Positions 12,218 through 25,022 of a stretch of DNA of 64,000 bases are shown one piece after another. The notes under the pieces are model-generated. The model worked only from the letters and a program-made list of their open reading frames with translations, made no database searches and was not told the origin of the DNA. Source of the DNA: Eledone cirrhosa (taxonomy: Eukaryota); the NCBI GenBank assembly GCA_964016885.1, contig OZ024742.1, forward strand, positions 159,588,001 to 159,652,000. Direction: 5' to 3'. A program made the position numbers and the translations under genes. Position 1 is the first letter of the stretch. The number at the start of each line of letters is the position of its first letter.

Positions 12218-13602
12218 TAACAGATTAAAGTTTAAGCAAAGAATCACTGCTTTCACCCTTAACGGGATCTTCTGAAACTTAAATAAAAAAAATCAATATG
12301 TGAACGCAGAAGTAAATATTTCGAAAAACGTCACACACTATATATATATATATATATACACTATATATATGCATATACACACACACAGCTACGTCATAAT
12401 GTCGTAATGCAAACAGCCAGGCAAACAGACAGATATTATAAAGGCGCAACGTTATATCTATGTATCTATCTAAAAAGAGAAAGACTAAGAGAGGGCGCGA
12501 GAGAGAGAGATCGCTAAATCGCCTAATGCTGTCCTTAGGGCATTGAAAATTTGAAATGGTTTTGGCTCATAACACTCACAGGACCATAAGTATTACATGT
12601 GTAAAGTTTGGAAACAATCGGTTGGGTGGTTCTCGAGTTTTAGTGATTGGACAGACAGACAGACATTCTCTGTTTTAGATATATAGACTAGCAGAATGGC
12701 CCGGCGTTGCTCGGGATTTGCTCTAGGGTTCTTATATATTTGATATATATTTATCCTTATCGAGCCTCGTGAAATAAATACGTTTGTTTAAATTTTGTTA
12801 TTGTGTATGCAAAAATATCTGTACACGAATATATAATTATATATAGATATATATATCAAAATAACAGATTAAAGTTTAAGCAAATAATCGCTGCTTTCAC
12901 CCTTAACGGGATCTTCTGAAACTAAAAAAATTAATCTGTGAACGCAGAAGTAAATATTTCGAAATGTTTTTGTGTATGCCAAAATATCTGTCAGTGATGC
13001 ATGTGATTATGTAATCGCCGGCCTTTTTTGTTTATATTTTGTATTTGTGTATGCAAAAATATCTGTACACGAATATCTATATTAAAATAATATATTAAAG
13101 TTTAAGCATAGAATCGCTGCTTTCAACCTTAACGAGATCTTCTGAAATTAAAAAATCAATCTGTGAACGCAGATGTAAATATTTCGAAAAACGTTGTAAC
13201 CAAAGGAAAACAGGAAGACGATACTTTGGTTCGTGAAGACATTCCCTGGCATAATAATATATATACACACACTATATATATATACATATATACACACACA
13301 CTGATCGCGTCATAATAACGTAATACAGATAGTCAGGCATACAGAGAGATATTATAAGGGCGCGACGTTATATCTATGTATCTATCTAAAAAGAGAAAGA
13401 CTAAGAATTATAGAGAGAAATCGCTAATTCGCCTAATGCAGTCCCTACAGCATTGAAAACTTGAAATTTGTTTTGCTCAAAACACTCACGGGACCATAAG
13501 TATTACATGTGTAAAGTTTGAAAAAACTCGGTTGGGTGGTTCTTGAGTTTTAGTGATTAGACAGACAGACATACAGACATTCTCTGTTTTTGTAATATAG
13601 AT
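11995..13602 (+). mobile_element. Two tandem Helitron/Helentron-like non-autonomous elements (~11995-12686 and ~12687-13602)
   Basis: Both start ACTAGCAGAATGGCCCGGCGTTGCTC and end ...ACAGACAGACATTCTCTGTTTT..ATATAG. An internal segment also occurs at ~10010-10460, 42477-43091 and 44965-45470. Family assignment is by resemblance of termini only. Confidence 0.55.
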
Positions 13603-13756
13603 AATTATAACAATGACATAAACAGGTACTTAAATTTCATTGGGTTCTGGACACCAACTCATTCAGCCTGTCATAAGAAAAATAAAAATAAAGATGGCCG
13701 CCTTGGGTTGATTGTGCTATCTTTTTAGAAATATATCATAAGAGTTTAAATAAAGG

Positions 13757-14812
13757 TAGATCTCGCTGTGCTTGGCAATCATCCAGCCTCTGAAGACGGG
13801 CCCAAAGCCGGTCGCCCTCAGGACCGATGCCAGATAACAATAGTCGACCCTATCGAATGCTTTCAACTGATATAAATTGATCAAGGCCCCATCCGTGTCA
13901 GGTTCCCTAGCTACCCTTTCCACGATGTATCGCATGAGGTGGAGGTTGTCGTGGATGGATCTGTTTGCAATGGCGCATGACTGCGCCTCTCCCACCAGAC
14001 CACCGATGACAAACACCAACCACTTTGCTAGCACCTTGTCCGAAATCTTGAACTCTGCGCTTAGCAGAGTTATGGGCCTAGAATTATCTATTTTGTCCCT
14101 CTTGTTCGGGTCTTTTCTCAGCAGAGCCACCGCTCCTCGGCACTCTGTGAATTCTCCCCTTCTTCTGCCAGTTGAGTAGATGGCCGCCATGAGGTCACCA
14201 ACAATACAGACACGTGTACATAAAGCTCATAGGGCAGACCATCCAAACCAGGTGATTTACTCATCGTGCAGTCAGTCATTGTCTCTCGTACTTCAGTGGC
14301 TGTTATCGGCTTTTCTGCCTCAGTGGTCGAGAATCGCGGCAGTCTGTCGAGGTAGGCACTAAAGTCCATCCTGTGATCCGGCCTACCGCTGTTTCCGAAC
14401 AGCTAAGCGAAGTGCCGCTGAAAAGCCGCACACATTTGCCGGGGATTGTTTCCACGACGCGCCACCGCCACTCGGGCTCATCGAACGGCATTCGTACCCT
14501 CGTATTTGAGAGCACGTGCCGTGAGCAAAGCGTTCAGCTTCCAGTATCCGGGTTCCTGTCTATGAAGCCTATCTAGATCGACCACACAGATTACAAATGT
14601 ATGGTCTCTTGAATTGTGGACACCCTCTGCTAGACATATCTATTTCCCTACAAAATACCCTATCTAGATACGATTTGGATGACCCTATGCGGTTTGACCA
14701 TGTCAACATTGGCACATTCAGCAAATCTAGACCGTATCTGTCAGACAGTTGGAAACGTCTGAGCAGGTATGCGAGGCTTTTACAACCTCCTATTCGCTAG
14801 TCCCTCACAGTC
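13757..14812 (-). mobile_element. Tx1/L1-type LINE fragment (copy A), internally deleted
   Basis: Remnants of RT (KSPGLDGLPYELY, RPITLL, KAFDRVD) and of the endonuclease C-terminus, homologous to copies B-H. Confidence 0.85.
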
Positions 14813-14973
14813 CACTCTCATCGCATTCTCATTTCCTCTCTTTCTCTCTCTCTCATCCCCTCTCTTCCCCTGTCCTGTGCCCCTCTTTTGTCTCCTCCTC
14901 CCTCTCTATTTTCCATCCCGTTTATTCCCCACTCTTTCTCTTTCTCTCTCATATTTTCAATTTTTTTTTATAG

Positions 14974-15122
14974 GTCAAATTAGATTTGGTGCGTGGCAAA
15001 GCTGTTCAAGAATCAATACTCTTCAATGGAGAACGGACGAATTTCACTTCATGGTTCCAGCAAGATAAAGTCATTTCTCCGTGGCATATTGATCCAAAAA
15101 TGAACTACATTTTCAATTTTAG
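14974..15122 (+). CDS. Exon 3 of host gene (VKLDLVRGKAVQESILFNGERTNFTSWFQQDKVISPWHIDPKMNYIFNF)
   Basis: Strong polypyrimidine acceptor tttttttttatAG, donor AG|GTATAT; 149 nt, phase 0 to phase 2; FNG...SWF...SPW pattern is protein-like. Confidence 0.8.
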
Positions 15123-15468
15123 GTATATATGATTTGCTTGTTCTTTATTAACACCGGTATAGATTTAATAAGGTTTTATAAACAAACCACTCATCCCAAT
15201 ATGTTGGGAGAAGAGTATAGTTGATTATATCGACCTCAGAATTTAGCTATTATTCATTTTAATGTCCCCAGAAGAATGAGAGGCAGACATAATCCCAGCA
15301 ACATTCGCACACAAAATGTAGTGGAACAAAAAGCTAACAACCATGCAAATTATTTTTAGCATTCTACCAATTCTGCCATTCATTCGCCACATGTATAATA
15401 ATATCCTGTCACTTGTTTCACTCATCAGTTAGAATGATAATAATGATGATAATAATAATAATAATAAT

Positions 15469-15601
15469 GATTTCTTTATTGACCACAAGGGCTGACATCA
15501 AGAAAAACATTACAGACGGCACAGGACGGTACGATGTGGGTTTTGTGCGTGTAAAGATTTTTATTATTTATATAAGAAACGAAAAAGAAAAAAGACATAG
15601 A

Positions 15602-15642
<41 letters not shown>

Positions 15643-18600
15643 AATAATATATATATATATATATATAAACAATAAAAATGAAAATTGAAACAATGAAAAA
15701 TTCCCCAATAGGGGGGGGGGGCTCGTGGCAGAACCACACAAAAGACCACGGCCACCTTACCACTAAGGCAAGTGCCCTCTCTCAATTTTTCCATTTCTCA
15801 AACAACTTGAACTCTGCGCTTAGCAGAGTTATGGGCCTGAAGTTATCGACAACATCCCCCTTGTTCGGGTCTTTTCTCTGCAGCGCAACCGCTCCCCGGC
15901 TCACAAAACTGGGAATGCTCCCGTTCTGCTGCCAGTTGCAGTAGACGTCTGCCAAGAGGTCACCGAACAAGTCTGGCATAAATGCATAAAGCTCGTAAGG
16001 CAGACCATCCAAACCTGGCGATTTACCCCTCGTGCAGTTAGCCATTGCTTCCCGTATTTCACCGGTTGTTATTGGCTTTTCGCAACACAGTGCTGCGGTC
16101 GTCGAGAGCCGAGGCAGTCCGTCGGGGTATGCACTGAAGTCCATACCCCGATCCCGCCCGCCGCTGCTCCCGAACAGTTGAGCAAAGTGCCGCTGAAAAG
16201 CCTCACACATCTGCTCGGGTTCGAGCAGCACGTGCCCGTTTTGGTCAGACAAAGACCGAATTGTGGCTTTGTTGGCACGTCTCGCCTCTGCCACCCGGAC
16301 CGATTGGACGGCTTTTGTCCCATCGTGTTTCAGAGCACGCGCTCTAGCTCTGACAACAGCAGCCTTCGTGTTTTGCGTTGAAGAATTGGTCGAGTGCCAA
16401 TCTCGCCGCAAGCACGTCGGTTGCGATGCCTGTCCTAAACGCCTCTTCTAGCTTTATGACTAGCTCTCCCTCTACTCTCTTTTCCTCCATCACTACTCCT
16501 TTGCTGAACCTAATCGACTCTACTTTAATTGCCCTTTTCATGGCTAACCACCACCTGTTGTTGACGACCGCTCCCGTCAACGCCCGCTTAACTAATACGC
16601 TAATCCGGTCTCAGTAGGCTTTGCGCGCCGGGAAAGACGCGTTCAGCTTCCAGTAACCAGCCTCTTGTCTATGAAGTCTGTCTATGTCGATCTCACAGAT
16701 CACAAATTTGTGGTCTGTGTAGTCGACTATTTTAAATTGTGGACAACTTATACTAGCCTTATTTAGTTCTCTGCAGAATACCCTATCGAGATACGATCTG
16801 GATGACACGATACGGTTTGTCCATGTCCACATTGGCACATTCGGGTGATCCAGTCGATACCTGTCAGACAGTTCAAAACGTCTGAGCAGGTTGGTGAGGC
16901 TCTTGGACCCTCCTCCTCTATCCACTAGCCCCACACAATCCCAGCGTCCATCCAAGATACCGTTCCAGTCGCACACTAACACTAAAGAGCGCGACGTTCC
17001 AAGAAAGGTCTCTAGACGTCTGAAGAAATCTGGCCGTCCTGTCCTTGTCAGGGCATAGACGGCTACTAGCCTGAAAGCGTTGTCTTCGGTGCCGTTCACG
17101 TCCAGCACCACCGACTTACTTTCTGGGTTCAGGAAGATGGTCCGTATGGCGAGACCCAAGCCTTTCCGAAACAACACAACCACTCCCCCCCCCCCCCGCT
17201 CACGGACGGCTCGGAGATGCGTACACCTCGTAACCGTCGAAGATCGGTGCGAAAGCTTGCATTTCAGAGATTCTCGTCTCGCTGATGGCCACCACATCTA
17301 TGTTTAGTGACCTGAGGTCGTTAAGCAAGTGATCCTGCTTCCAAACCGAGCTCAAGCCATGCACGTTTACACTTCCGATCCTGAATACGGCCATGTTGGA
17401 TGAGGAACGGGGCAAGTGAGAAAGGATCACTTACCGTGATCGTCTGGTGAAGAGACCGTTGAACCGTCCCTTCGGCTCGTCATCGGCTCTTCTGTGAGTA
17501 TATCCAAGTATACTCTCCGGTTGAGTGTCCCTCCTAAGTCTCTGAAATCACCAACTACGTTGGGGAATTTCATTTTAATGTTAGTGTATTGTTTCTGTGA
17601 TATTCTTACCAGTCTTATGTTCGTTGGTGTTTTGATTGGTGCTGGTATTATGTAGTCGTGCTGTGAAATGTCTGTGTGTTCAATTAAGTAAGTCATTAGT
17701 TTCTTGTTGTGTGTATTTATTGCCGTGCATTTCTTTTTTGGGGCGGGGTGTGGCTTTGCTATTTTCTTGTCGTTGTTGCTGGGTGTGTGTGTTTTGTTGT
17801 TGTGTTTGCGATGTTGGTGCTTGTGGTGGTGTTGTTGAAGGTGTTGTTGTTGGCGGTGTGGTTGCCGACGGTGTGGTTGCCGACGGTGGTGATGGTAGTG
17901 CTAGTGTGGGTGGTGATGGTGTTGGTGGTGTTGCTGCCGTAAGTCTCTTTGCAGTAGCCTTCACCATTCTTTCATCTCTTCCCTCCCTTTTCGAAGGTGA
18001 CGATGCGCTGCTTCTGCGTTTGTGCCTTCTTGCGACCTTTTGCCATCCATCTCCCACCTCACACTCCATGTCCGATTCTGTGAGGTGTGTGTGAGGTGTG
18101 TGTGAGGTGTGTGTGTGGGGGTACCAGCTCCACTTTTTCACTTGTTCTTGTTGGTGATGGTTGCAGTGGAGTTGGTATTACTGTTGTTGTTAATACTTCC
18201 ACTGCTGCTGCTGTTTGCCGTGGCGTGGGTATGGGTGCCACGGACCTATCCTTCCTGCTTGCTGCCTGTCCTGTTGCTGGTAGCAGTGGAGCCGGTTTCG
18301 GAAGGAGGGGGGGTCCCCTTTCTCAGGGTCTTCTCATTGCAGAAGGCCCTGAGATGAGTCTTTGACCCACAGCGAAAGCATTTCGGGTGTTTGCCCTCAA
18401 CACTTAGGGGCAGTTGAGTGCCGTTATCAAAGTCTATCACAGCCGGGATGGCTTCGATGCACTCCTGGTTGGTTTGGAGGCGCCGACCCAATCTTCTCGT
18501 ACTTTTTCTCTGTACTTGCAGTACGGTTGTTTTGTCCTCGATTCCGACGAAGACAGTCGCAGCCAGCCAAGAAGGGGCCATCCCGGGGAGGGGGGACTTG

Positions 18601-18711
18601 GTTCAGTTTGACCCTCACAATTTTTTGCCTGCAGCAGGAGGGCACCAACACCATTTCCTCGCTCCTTAGGGCACTAAGGATTGAGCCGAGCCTCCGTCAA
18701 CCATGGCATTC
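15469..18711 (-). mobile_element. Tx1/L1-type LINE copy B (both termini present, two large internal deletions, recombinant)
   Basis: 3' end after (AAT)n at 15469, 5' end before (AAT)n at 18711. Carries ORF1 CCHC knuckle CFRCGSKTHLRAFC, APE endonuclease (RIGSVNVHGL) and RT start; 3' UTR is fused to RT at ~15803. Confidence 0.9.
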
Positions 18712-18727
18712 AATAATAATAATAATA

Positions 18728-18811
18728 ATTGTTTCTACTTTTGGCACAAGGCCAGCAGTTACCCAATGCATTACTGGTACTTTATTTTATCGACCTCGTA
18801 AGGATGAAAGG
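18728..18811 (-). mobile_element. SINE 3' fragment with (ATT)n tail
   Basis: Same sequence as the 37572-37749 and 38818-39008 copies (GTTTCTACTTTTGGCACAAGGCC...ATCGACC..GTAAGGATGAAAGG). Confidence 0.75.
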
Positions 18812-18949
18812 GTTTACACAAAGTAAGACATTAAGGACAGTAGAGGACAGTACAAACGGGCATTTCTGCGTGTAAAAAAAACAAACAGAGGATGTAACAA
18901 AAAAAGAAACAATGAAAAATTCTCCAATAGGGGGGAGTAGGCCAATTCA

Positions 18950-21900
18950 CTCGGGCCATTCTTGTATCTCTCACCCATCTTTCAACAAAATGCTGGGAAG
19001 AGAGCACTTCCTTCTCTACCTTGATTTTCCATTTCAAATGAAATTTGAAAAAGTTAATCAGGGCATCACCGAAGAGGTAAGTGCTCGTCTTCAGCCCTTT
19101 CAAACGTGTCCACCATACTATCTCTTTCGCCATGTCCACACGACAGATAAAAACTGCCTGCTCTTCCCGGCTAAAGGAAGAGGACGGGGCAATCCTCATG
19201 ATGGACTCAGCTGATAGCTGGATCCGTCCTACACGCGACAGCAGGTGTTCAACATAAACCCACAAGTCAGCAATTTTCGGACACTGGACGAGTGCGTGCA
19301 GGACGGTTTCGTCGCCAAGCGGGCATCTCGGACATGTCCGGCTGACGGCATCTCCATGAGTTTATCCCGAACTGGCAAAGCTCCTCGGTAGCACTGCCAG
19401 GCCAGAGATTTCTGGAAGTTGTCCATAGGCCCTGGCCCGAAAGTTCTTCCGAAGAGATTGGCTAGTTCATTTTCGTCGACGCCTAGAGTTTCCCCAAGTA
19501 CGTCGTCGCTCTTCCCCTCCACTAATCCTCTATAGAACGCCGAGGTGGAGTTTCCACCGATCACATTGCCCGATTGGTCGAGGGCTGTGAGCGCCTGAAG
19601 ACATTCCAGTCTCCAGGCGCTCCCTCTCGGTCTTCGCTTGACCCAGGACTGCAGCTCCGTCAAGGAAATGAGATGGGGAAATACGTGTCTAGCAGACGGC
19701 GACCACACCTGATCACCGTCGAGGAAGAGGTGGAGATTTCGTAGCCTGAGCGCGTGCCTGCGCATCATCAGCCACGGCATGCCCAGCCCTCCACGTAGCG
19801 GGTGTTGACAACAGATGGACCGCCTGACCGTCGGAGCGCGTCCCTTCCACAAAAAGCGAAAGAGCAAACGCTCCAGCGCAGTCAGGCGAGGCTTAGGACA
19901 AGGTACGACGGTCAGGCGGTAACAGATGACAGACGCGATGTACGTGTTAGCCACCTCCGCTCGACCTTTCAGGGATAGCTTCTTCTCCGCCCATTTCTGG
20001 GTGAGAGAAGCCACCCTGCTCGTCACCTCGTCCCAGTTTTTGTCCGTCTGGAGGTCCGGACCGAACCAGACCCCTAGCAATTTAACCGGTCCGTCTGTCC
20101 AGCGTCCGACGACGCTGTTGGACGGCATGGACCTGCCTCTCCAGGTGCCGAGCTGCAGGCCCACTGACTTTTCCTGGTTGATCATTGCTCCTGTCACCGC
20201 TTCGTATTCTCTTAGTGTAGTGCCGATCGCCTCGATGTGTTTGGCGTTCGACACCACTACTGTGACATCGTCCGCATATGCTGACACGGATCTTCCGCAT
20301 CCTAGTTTGTGCAGTAATGGTTCGAGAGTTAATACGCACAAGAGGGACGAGAGGGGTCATCCTTGGCGGACCGAGCGCATGGTGTTGAACGGTTCCGAAA
20401 GGTGACCGTTCACTCTTACCACAGAGCAGATGTCGCTGTGCATGGCAGCGATCCAGCCTCTGAAGACGGGCCCAAACCAGCCGCCCTCAGGACTGCCGCT
20501 AGTTAACGATGGTCGACCCTATCGAAAGCTTTCGACTGATTTAAATTGATCAAGGACCCACCCGTGCCAGGTTCCCTAGCTACCCTCTCTACGATGTATC
20601 GCATGAGGTGGAGGTTGTCGTGGATGGATCTGTCGGGAATGGCGCATGTCTGCGCCTCTCCCACCAGACCACCAACGACAAGCGCCAACCTCTTTGCTAG
20701 CACCTTGGCCAAAATCTTGAACTCTGTGTTTAGCAGAGTTATGGGCCTGAAATTATCTATGTTATCCCCCTTGTTCGGATCCTTTCTCAGCAGTGCCACC
20801 GCTCCTCGGCTCACAGAACTGGGAATTCTCCCGTTCTGTTGCCAGTTGCAGTAGACGTCCGCCAAGAGGCCTCCGAACAAGTCTGGCATCTGTACGTAAA
20901 GTTCATAGGGCAGACCATACAAACCAGGCGATTTACCCCTTGTGCAGCCAGTCATTGCCTCCCTTACTTCAGCGGCTGTTATCGGCTGTTCGCAACACTC
21001 CGCCTCAGTGGCCGAGAGCCGCGGCAGTCCGCCGAGGTAGACACTAAAGTCCATCCCTCGACCCGGCCCACCGCTGCCCCCGAACAGCTGAGCGAAGTGT
21101 CGCTGAAAAGCTTCACACATTTGCCCGGGATCGAGTAGCATGCGCCCGTCGTGGTGCAACAAGGACCGGATCGTGGCTTTGTTGCCACGACGCGCCTCTG
21201 CCACTCGAACCCATTGAACGGCTTTCGTCCCCTCGTGTCTGAGAGCACGCACCCTAGCTCTGACAACGCAGCCTTCGTGCTTTGCAATGAAGAATTGGTC
21301 AAGGGCCAATTTCGCCGCAAGCACGTCGGTCGCAATGCCTTTGCTAAGCGCCTCGTCTAATTTTCTAACTAGTTCTCCCTCTGCTCTATTTTTCTCTATT
21401 GCTAAAGCCTTACTAAACCTAATCGATTCTATTCTAATCGCTCTTTTCAGAGCAAACCACCACTTGTTGTTGGCGATGCCCCCCGTCAACGCCCGCTTAA
21501 CTAGTTCGCTAATCCGGTCTCTGTAGGCCTTGCGCGCTGGTAAGGACACGTTTAGCTTCCAGTAGCCGGGTCCTCGTCTATGAAGCCTATCTAAGTCAAG
21601 CACACAGATCACGAATTTGTGGTCCGTGTAGCTGACTATCTTGAATTGTAGACAGCCTATGCTAGACCTATCTATTTCCCTACACAATACTCTATCTAGA
21701 TATGATCAGGATGACCCAATGCGATTTATCCAAGTCCACATTGGCACATTCGGGAAATCCAATCGGTACCTGTCAGACAGTTCAAAATGCCTGAGCAGGT
21801 TGGTGAGGCTCTCGCACCCTCCACCCCTATCCGCTAATCCCACACAGTCCCAGCGTGCATCTAAGATCCCGTTCCAGTCGCCCACTAACACTAAAGAGCG

Positions 21901-22299
21901 GGACGTTCCAAGAAAGGTCTCCAGACACCGGAAGAAATCAGGCCGCCCTGCTCCTGTCGGGGCATAGACGGTCACTAGCCTGAAAGATTGCCCGTCTCCG
22001 CTGGTCACGTCTAGCACCACCAACTTACCCTCTGGGTCCAGGAAGATGGCCCGTATGGCGAGATCCAAACCTCTCCGAAAAAGCACAGCAACTCCTCCCC
22101 CCGATCCAGGACGGCTGGGAGATGCGTACACATCGTAGCCGCTGAAGATCGGTGCGAAGGCCCGTGCTTCGGAGATTCTGGTCTCGCTGATGGCCACTAC
22201 ATCTATGTTTAGTGACCTGAGGTCGTTGAGCAAGTGACCCTGCTTCCATGACGACCCCAAGCCACGCGCATTTATGCTGCCTATTCTGAGTGAGGTCAT
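18950..22299 (-). pseudogene. ORF2 of copy C: APE endonuclease, reverse transcriptase and C-terminal Cys-rich domain
   Basis: MTSLRIGSINARGL, VAISET, GDWN, SYTDH, NFRPITLLN, KAFDRVDH, AYADD, GGLG motifs; disrupted by a stop and frameshifts. Confidence 0.88.
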
Positions 22300-22334
22300 G
22301 TTTAAAATAGAGTGGAAAAGATGGGAAAGACCAC

Positions 22335-24066
22335 TTACCGTACTTTTCGTAGAGGAGGGATGGTTTTTCCATCCCTTTTCACTTGATCGTCTGGTGAAGG
22401 GACGGTTGAATCGTCCCTTCGGCTGGTCGTCGGCTCTTCTATGAGTATGTCCGAATATACTCTTCGATTGAGAGTCCCTCCTAGGTCTCTGAAATCACCA
22501 ACTGCGTTGGGGAATTTCGTTTTAATGTTTGTGTATTGTTTCTGTGCTATTTTTAGCAGTCTTATGTTAGTTGGCGTTTTGATTGGTGCTGGTATTATGT
22601 AGTCGTGTTGTGAAATGTCTGTGTGTTCAATTATGTAAGTCATTAGTTTCTTGTTGCGTGTATTTATTGCTGTGCATTTGTTTTTCTGGGGGTGGGGTGT
22701 GGTTCTGCTATTTTCATGTCGTTGTTGCTGGGTGTGTGTGTTTTGTTGTTGTGTTTGCGATGTTGGTACTTGTGGTGGTGGTGTTGAAGGTTTTGTTGTT
22801 GTTGGCGGTGGGGTTGTCGCCGGTGGTGATAGTGGTGCTAGTGTGGGTGGTGATGGTGTTGGTGGTGTTGCTGCTGTGAGTCTCTTTGCAGTAGCCTTTA
22901 CCCTTTTTTCATTTCTTTCCTCCCTTTTCGAAGGCGACGATGCGCTGCTTCTGCGTTTGTGCCTTCTTACGACCTTTTGCCATCCCTCTCCCACCTCACA
23001 TTCCATGTCTGATTCTGTGAGGTCGGGGAGGGGTACCAGCTCCACTCTTTCACTTGTTGTTGTTGGTGATGTTTGCAGTGGAGTCTCTGTTGCAGCTGCA
23101 TTTGGTATTGCTGTTGTTGTTGTTAATACTTCCACTGCTGCTGCTGTTTTTGATTTCAGGGGCGTGGGTATGGGTGCCACGGACCTATCGTTCCTGGTTG
23201 CCGCTTGTCCTGTTGCTGGTAGCCGTGGAGCCGGTTTCCGAAGGAGGGGGGTTTTCTCCTTTCTCAGGGTCTTCTCGTTGCAGAAGGCCCTGAGGTGAGT
23301 CTTCGATCCACAGCGAAACATTTCGGGCGTTTTCCCTCAACATTTATGGGCAGTTGAGTGCCGTTATCGAAGTCTATCACATCCGGGATAGCTTCGATGC
23401 ACTCCTGGTTGGTTTGGATTAACATCTCAATGGAGGTGCCGACCCAATCTTCTCTTACTTTTTTCTGTACTTGCAGTACAGTTGTTTTGTCCTCGATTCC
23501 GACGAGGACAGACGCGGCCAGCCAAGAAGGGGCCATCCCGGGGGGGACGTGGGTGAGTTTGACCCTCACAATTTTTTGCCCGCAGTAGGAGGGCACCAAC
23601 ACCATTTCCTCGCTCCTTAGGGTCACTAAGGATTGAGCCTTTGCCTCCTGGGGTATGGCAAAAAGTACGTCTACGGTGGCATATTTCTTGCCTCGGGTGA
23701 TGTGCGTTTTCCGCTGCCACACAGACCCCAAGGCTTTTTGTATTTGAGCCTCTGTGGCTCTTTCAACCCTACGGGATTTTGTACTTACTGTACGGTACGT
23801 GACCGTACAGTGCTGTTGGGTTTCGAAACATTTTTCCGCTGCCTTGCAGATTGCTCGGTGTCCAGTTTTTGTCACCATCTTCTTCGCTTCCTCTAATTCC
23901 TCATTTGTTATGAGGATGGTTTCCAGGTTCTTTGCGATACCTGCAAACGAGATTGGTTTTTCTTTGCTGCTGCTGTTGTTGTTGTTGTCGTCAGAGCTGC
24001 TGTTACTTTTGTTGTTGCTGCAGGTACTACGACTACTGCCGGCGCCGCTGTTGCTGTGGTTGTTGT

Positions 24067-24100
<34 letters not shown>

Positions 24101-24457
24101 AATGCTGTTGTTGTTTATGTTGCTGCTGATGCTGTTGCGGCTGCTACTGTTGTTTTCCTTGTCACTGTTGCTGCTGTTATTACGGCTGCTACTGCTATTA
24201 TTCCTGACGTCAGACGAATGAAATGGGTTTTCGTATTTTCCGCATACCTGTTTCGTCGTTGTCGTCGCGGAGAAATCTTGCACGCTTTGCACGAGATTTT
24301 TCTTTTCTGTCGTCGCTTGTGAAAGAGAAGGGAGGGATAGAGACACATTTAAAGAAGGGAGGGAGAGAGACAATCTTCTCTCTGCTGTAGTGACGATTGA
24401 GGAAGAAGAAGACGGAATGAGTGGGAGTGGCCTATGAAAATTCTTTTTCGTAGCCAT
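22335..24457 (-). pseudogene. ORF1 of copy C: N/S low-complexity region, central domain, CCHC knuckle, P/T-rich tail
   Basis: MATKKNF start at 24457; frameshift near 23320 at the knuckle; stop at 22335. Confidence 0.8.
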
Positions 24458-24663
24458 GTTGTTTTTTTGTTTAAAATAAATATTGGGCACAAAACCCCAA
24501 TAAGCAGTTATTTAACCCCGAAGGGCCAAATAACGGGCAGAAAGACCCCTCTCACGAGGAGGAGGGTGTTTTTGTTGGTTAAAGTTTAAACAATTTACAA
24601 TTGTTATAGCGGTCAAAATTTACAATACCTTACAGAGCCGAGCCTCCGTCAACCATAGCATTC

Positions 24664-24703
<40 letters not shown>

Positions 24704-24954
24704 TTGTTTTGATTGGTACTGCACACGTATTGAGAAGAGCACTATCTCTGTAAGATTGATATCCCTCCTTGTATTTACATATGCACATGTGTATATATGT
24801 ATACTGTTTGTGTTTTTTTAATTATAATCAATGTGCTGTATTAACTGGCTTACAATGCACACTGTGAATTTATTTGCCCTAGGTGTCAGGAAGACACTCG
24901 GCATATATCTCAGAAACAATAATGAAAGAAAATAAAAATGATAATAATAATAAT

Positions 24955-24980
24955 GATTTCTTTATTGGCCACAAGGTCTG
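24955..24980 (-). mobile_element. ~26-bp 3'-terminal stub of the Tx1-type LINE within (AAT)n
   Basis: GATTTCTTTATTGGCCACAAGG equals the element 3' terminus, with (AAT)n on both sides. Confidence 0.65.

Positions 24981-25021
<41 letters not shown>

Positions 25022-25022
<1 letters not shown>

Larger units (their letters stand above)
18808..24663 (-). mobile_element. Tx1/L1-type LINE copy C, near full length (~5.85 kb)
   Basis: 5' UTR, ORF1, ORF2 and 3' UTR are all present, with a few stops and frameshifts; the 5' end abuts an (AAT)n run at 24664. Confidence 0.93.

Noticed and set aside
22583-24322. Long Val/Leu/Cys-rich ORFs antisense to Tx1 ORF1 (also 17636-18365 and 57471-59063)
   Set aside because: Shadow frames of trinucleotide-rich ORF1 sequence; no independent evidence of coding.
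18808-24663. Copy C (and copy H) as currently active autonomous elements
   Set aside because: Both contain in-frame stops and frameshifts; some homopolymer frameshifts could be sequencing errors, but activity cannot be supported.
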